Assembly: GCA_031979385.1 (NCBI GenBank)
Contig: DALZEF010000006.1
Coordinates: 34,014-98,013, forward strand
From: Timonella sp.
GTDB lineage: Bacteria > Actinomycetota > Actinomycetes > Actinomycetales > Cellulomonadaceae
Reading direction: 5' to 3'
Length of the DNA stretch: 64,000 nt
The notes under the pieces are model-generated. The model was given only the letters and a program-made list of their open reading frames with translations, ran no database searches and was not told the DNA's origin. A program made the position numbers and the translations under genes. Below are positions 60,943 to 64,000 of this stretch, in pieces (the stretch's first letter is position 1; every line of letters begins with the position of its first letter).

Positions 60943-62025
60943 TCATTCAAGGGTAGGCGGTGAGATGGTGATGTGACCACTCGCCCGCCACGCTGTGAAC
61001 GCCCCCGGGAGGTCAATTGGCTTTTGTCCACGCCAGTGCGTGATAAGGCGTTCGATTTCCTCGACATGCCGATATTTCAGCGGTCCAGCGGGCACTCCGG
61101 CTCTGAGCGCAGCTGCCCGTAGCGCCCTCGTGCGCAGCGCCCGTGGCGCTGTTTCGAGAGGCGCGAGGCGCAGTGTGACGTGCATTGCATTTCTGCTTTG
61201 CGACGAGTCGGGCACGGTTCCCAGCCCCTCACCCTCAGCGTCGGGCTGGCCTGAGTTCGGTTCCCACGCCACAAGTGCCTGCGTCAGCAATTCCCCTGCA
61301 AGCGCGTCGAGCGCATCGGCATCATCTTGAAGCTGGGCTGCCGTGCGTGCGAGGGTGTCCGCGATCCGCGGACCCAGTATCTCGTCGAGAAGCGGCAGAA
61401 CCCGGCCACGCACCTGCGACCGCAACGGCCCATCATGCGCAGCTAGGTTGGTGGGATCCACCCAGAACTCAAGACCAGCGTGTGCGCAGACGGCCTCCGT
61501 GTCGGCGCGGGTGAGAGCGAGATAGGGACGGCGGAAGATGCCGATATGTGGGCGCATTCCTGCGAGCGAGCGCGTACCGGAGCCTCTGGCAAGGCCGAGC
61601 AGGACGGTTTCGGCTTGATCGTCGAGTGTGTGCCCGAGCAGCACGGTGTGCGCTTCATGCCGTTGCGCGAGTTCGGTGAGCGCACGGTACCGAGCAGTGC
61701 GGGCCGCTGCCTCAAGGCCTCCGGTCCCGGCACCTTGAGGCACTTTCACGCGCACGGTTTCGACGATGTCGAGGCCCAGCTCCTGGCAGGCGTGTGCTGC
61801 AGTGGCGACCACCGTATCGGAGCCAGGTTGCAGTCCATGGTCAACGAGGAATGCCGCGGTACGCCATCCCTGCCGCCGTGCGAGAAACGCGAGTTCGCTG
61901 GCGAGCGCAAGCGAATCTGCACCGCCTGAGCACGCGACCGCGATGGTAGCCCCCGGCCCCAGATCGGCCAGTTCGGCCCGCAATGCGTTGCGGGCGCGCA
62001 TAACCGCGCGAGGAGGTGTGGTCAC
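60943..62025 (-). CDS. tilS: tRNA lysidine(34) synthetase
   Basis: PP-loop motif ACSGGADS. It forms a GTGA overlap with the upstream gene. Confidence 0.9.
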   Translation of the reverse strand: MTTPPRAVMRARNALRAELADLGPGATIAVACSGGADSLALASELAFLARRQGWRTAAFLVDHGLQPGSDTVVATAAHACQELGLDIVETVRVKVPQGAGTGGLEAAARTARYRALTELAQRHEAHTVLLGHTLDDQAETVLLGLARGSGTRSLAGMRPHIGIFRRPYLALTRADTEAVCAHAGLEFWVDPTNLAAHDGPLRSQVRGRVLPLLDEILGPRIADTLARTAAQLQDDADALDALAGELLTQALVAWEPNSGQPDAEGEGLGTVPDSSQSRNAMHVTLRLAPLETAPRALRTRALRAAALRAGVPAGPLKYRHVEEIERLITHWRGQKPIDLPGAFTAWRASGHITISPPTLE

Positions 62026-63191
62026 GCCGCGTTATCTCCGGTTTCGGTGGCTTCGTCAGGTGTTGGCTCCGCCGCTTTGGAAGCGGCCAGCAGCACATCA
62101 GTGCGTTCAACCCATAGAGCAACCTGCTCCAGCTCCGCAACGGTCGGGAGGAACTCAGGCGCTGCGAACACCCGGTTGAAGCCCTCAATCCCCACTCGCT
62201 TCTGTGCCTCGCGCACGAAGTGCGCTCCTACCCGATACTGAGTCGATTTCTGGTCGAGTCCACTGACCCGCCCTAACGTCGCCACAAGGCGTTTGCTCTC
62301 TTTGCGACGAGCATCAAATTTCCGGCGCAGCGTACGTCGCGCGGGAAGCACGGAGGCTGGCACGAGGTCCATAATGACCTCGGCATGCCCTTCCAACACG
62401 GTCATGAGCGCGGTGATCTTCGCGATCTCCTCGCGCTGCTGATCGTTCAGGAGCCGGTCGATGACCGAGTCCCTGCCCCGCAGCGATTCCGCGAGCGCCC
62501 GCGCCCATTCGAGGAGTGAGCTCTCCGAGTCAAAACTCCGCACGACCGTTTCAAGGCGTTCGCGCATATAGCTCGGCAGCCAGTCGGCGGCAGCGAACTG
62601 GAGCGCGTGCGTGTATTCGTGCAGGGACACCCACAACGCGAACTGCTTGAGGTCAACGGCCATTGCCCGTTGGAAGACGAGCACGTTTGGAGCCACGAGC
62701 AGAAGTTGCCCCGGAGAACTACCCCGTTCACGAGTGGACTCGAGGTTGGGTGCGAACTGTCCGAGTGTTTTCTGCGCCAAGAACGTGAGCACGGCAACGG
62801 TCTCAACCGTCCCGTTCAAGTCGGTCGGGTCTGGAACCCCCTCAAGTGGCTCCGCCTCATCCACGCCGAACAGATCCGCCATGGACTTGGCCGCGTAGTG
62901 TGCCCAACCGGGACGATCCACGACAAGGACATCGGCCAGATGGTCCGTGTGAAGATCCAGATGCCGTGCGCTCGGCTGCAGTCTACTCGTGGTTCGCACA
63001 TGTTTCTCTGCAACGGCCGCCTGCTCTCGCAACGCAGACACGACCTCCTCAGCCTTGAGTTTCGAGACTCCTGGACCGGGGTTGACGATAGTGCCCACAA
63101 GGCGGGCCGCCTTCTCCCAAGAGGTTTGCGGCTGAGGCCGTGAGCGGACAAGAGGAGCCGCGAGTTCCTTCACGAACTCCTTGAACTGCAT
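62022..63191 (-). CDS. zinc-dependent metalloprotease (DUF2342 family)
   Basis: HExxH motif (LHEYTHALQF). Its position between dacB and tilS is conserved. Confidence 0.75.
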   Translation of the reverse strand: MQFKEFVKELAAPLVRSRPQPQTSWEKAARLVGTIVNPGPGVSKLKAEEVVSALREQAAVAEKHVRTTSRLQPSARHLDLHTDHLADVLVVDRPGWAHYAAKSMADLFGVDEAEPLEGVPDPTDLNGTVETVAVLTFLAQKTLGQFAPNLESTRERGSSPGQLLLVAPNVLVFQRAMAVDLKQFALWVSLHEYTHALQFAAADWLPSYMRERLETVVRSFDSESSLLEWARALAESLRGRDSVIDRLLNDQQREEIAKITALMTVLEGHAEVIMDLVPASVLPARRTLRRKFDARRKESKRLVATLGRVSGLDQKSTQYRVGAHFVREAQKRVGIEGFNRVFAAPEFLPTVAELEQVALWVERTDVLLAASKAAEPTPDEATETGDNAA

Positions 63192-63328
63192 CGTGTTCCC
63201 GCCTTACCAAGCACCCTGAGTGCCTACCGTGCTTTCCTTCGCCTGTGGGTCCATGGCCCGTGGCCTTTTCCCGGGCCGCTGCCGCGTCATACGCTTCCGT
63301 ACCGCAGATGTGTCCCCTTGAACTTAGC

Positions 63329-64000
63329 CTAGTTGCAGCCGCACTCCGAGACTTTTTCCACGAACGCGTCGACAGCGCGCCGCACACCCCACTGAGCGCC
63401 AGGCTCTGTCTTGTCTGCGATCACAACAAAGTTCAGTTGCCTTTGGTCAAGTGTGACAAGGGTGCCCGCGAGCGCAGTCACCCCCGTCAAAGATCCGGTC
63501 TTGGCGCGTACCAGCCCTCGTCCATTGCGTAACTCGTAGCGATCGTGCAAAGTTCCGTTCAGGTAGCCAACCGGAAGATTGATCACTCCAGTGTTCAGGT
63601 GCGGGTACTCCGGAGAAACCATGAGATTCAAAACGTCGTTGACCAGTTGAGCCGTCACCCGCGATGTGTCTCCAAGGCCCGAGCAGTCCACCAGGTCCAC
63701 GCCGGTTGTGTTGAGGCCAAGTTTCTCAAGTCCCTGAACCACAGCAGTCGTGGCTCCCGCGAACGATGCGGGCAAGCCACGGTCAAGCGCAATCGTATGG
63801 CCCACGATCTCCGTGATGGCGTTGTCAGAGGTCTTCAGGAAATACGAGACGATATCGGCGATGGGCGCAGATTTCACCTCCGCGATCACCGCCTCGTTGC
63901 CCGTGCTCATTGCCACGCCAGGTGAGTTGAACGTCCGATGCGAGACCTTCCCCTCGACGGTGATACCGCGCTCCTTGAGACGTTCCGCGAATATCTTGGC
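63329..64000 (-). CDS. dacB: D-alanyl-D-alanine carboxypeptidase/endopeptidase (PBP4, S13 family), C-terminal part; the 5-prime end lies outside the window
   Basis: The frame stays open to base 64000 (AKIFAERLKERGITVEG...). The KTGS box is present in RAKTGSLTGV. Confidence 0.85.
   Translation of the reverse strand, partial: AKIFAERLKERGITVEGKVSHRTFNSPGVAMSTGNEAVIAEVKSAPIADIVSYFLKTSDNAITEIVGHTIALDRGLPASFAGATTAVVQGLEKLGLNTTGVDLVDCSGLGDTSRVTAQLVNDVLNLMVSPEYPHLNTGVINLPVGYLNGTLHDRYELRNGRGLVRAKTGSLTGVTALAGTLVTLDQRQLNFVVIADKTEPGAQWGVRRAVDAFVEKVSECGCN

Overview
This is a 64-kb stretch of a high-GC Gram-positive (Actinomycetota-type) chromosome with about 60 protein genes, nearly all on the minus strand. 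I saw no rRNA, tRNA, CRISPR array, integrase or transposase. Most of the window is a conserved actinobacterial housekeeping backbone. It runs rlmB-cysS, ispF-ispD, carD, pstSCAB, regX3-senX3 divergent from phoU, gpmA, mshA, lsr2, lysS, nadCB, panDC, a DUF2520 gene, bacterial-PH-domain membrane proteins, a DUF3180 gene, folK/folB, folP, folE, ftsH, hpt, tilS, a DUF2342 metalloprotease and dacB. Accessory material is inserted into this backbone in several places. (1) A visibly AT-richer six-gene operon lies at about 5.17-9.3 kb. It encodes a Sec-secreted orphan protein, a lipoprotein, an ABC ATPase, an FtsX-type permease and two small envelope proteins. It has its own promoter and leader palindromes and an internal hairpin, and it is my best candidate for an undescribed secreted-toxin or bacteriocin plus export/immunity module. 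(2) A LacI-controlled sugar ABC importer sits next to a GH3 beta-glucosidase. (3) A divergent pair of a PLP enzyme and an FAD lactone-oxidase-like enzyme sits next to a TetR gene. (4) A wall-anchored (LAETG) GH53 galactanase sits next to a 594-aa orphan protein with degenerate Ig-like repeats. (5) A second, AT-richer YdbS/YdbT-like PH-domain gene pair is inserted in the fol-pan cluster. Other oddities include a FolB-FolK fusion whose two domains are separated by about 646 codons of low-complexity sequence. There is also a roughly 70-nt palindromic repeat family with two copies, PHO-box-like direct repeats at pstS and phoU, and a probable frameshift in the last gene of the AT-richer operon. All family assignments come from reading motifs in the translations. 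No database search was run.
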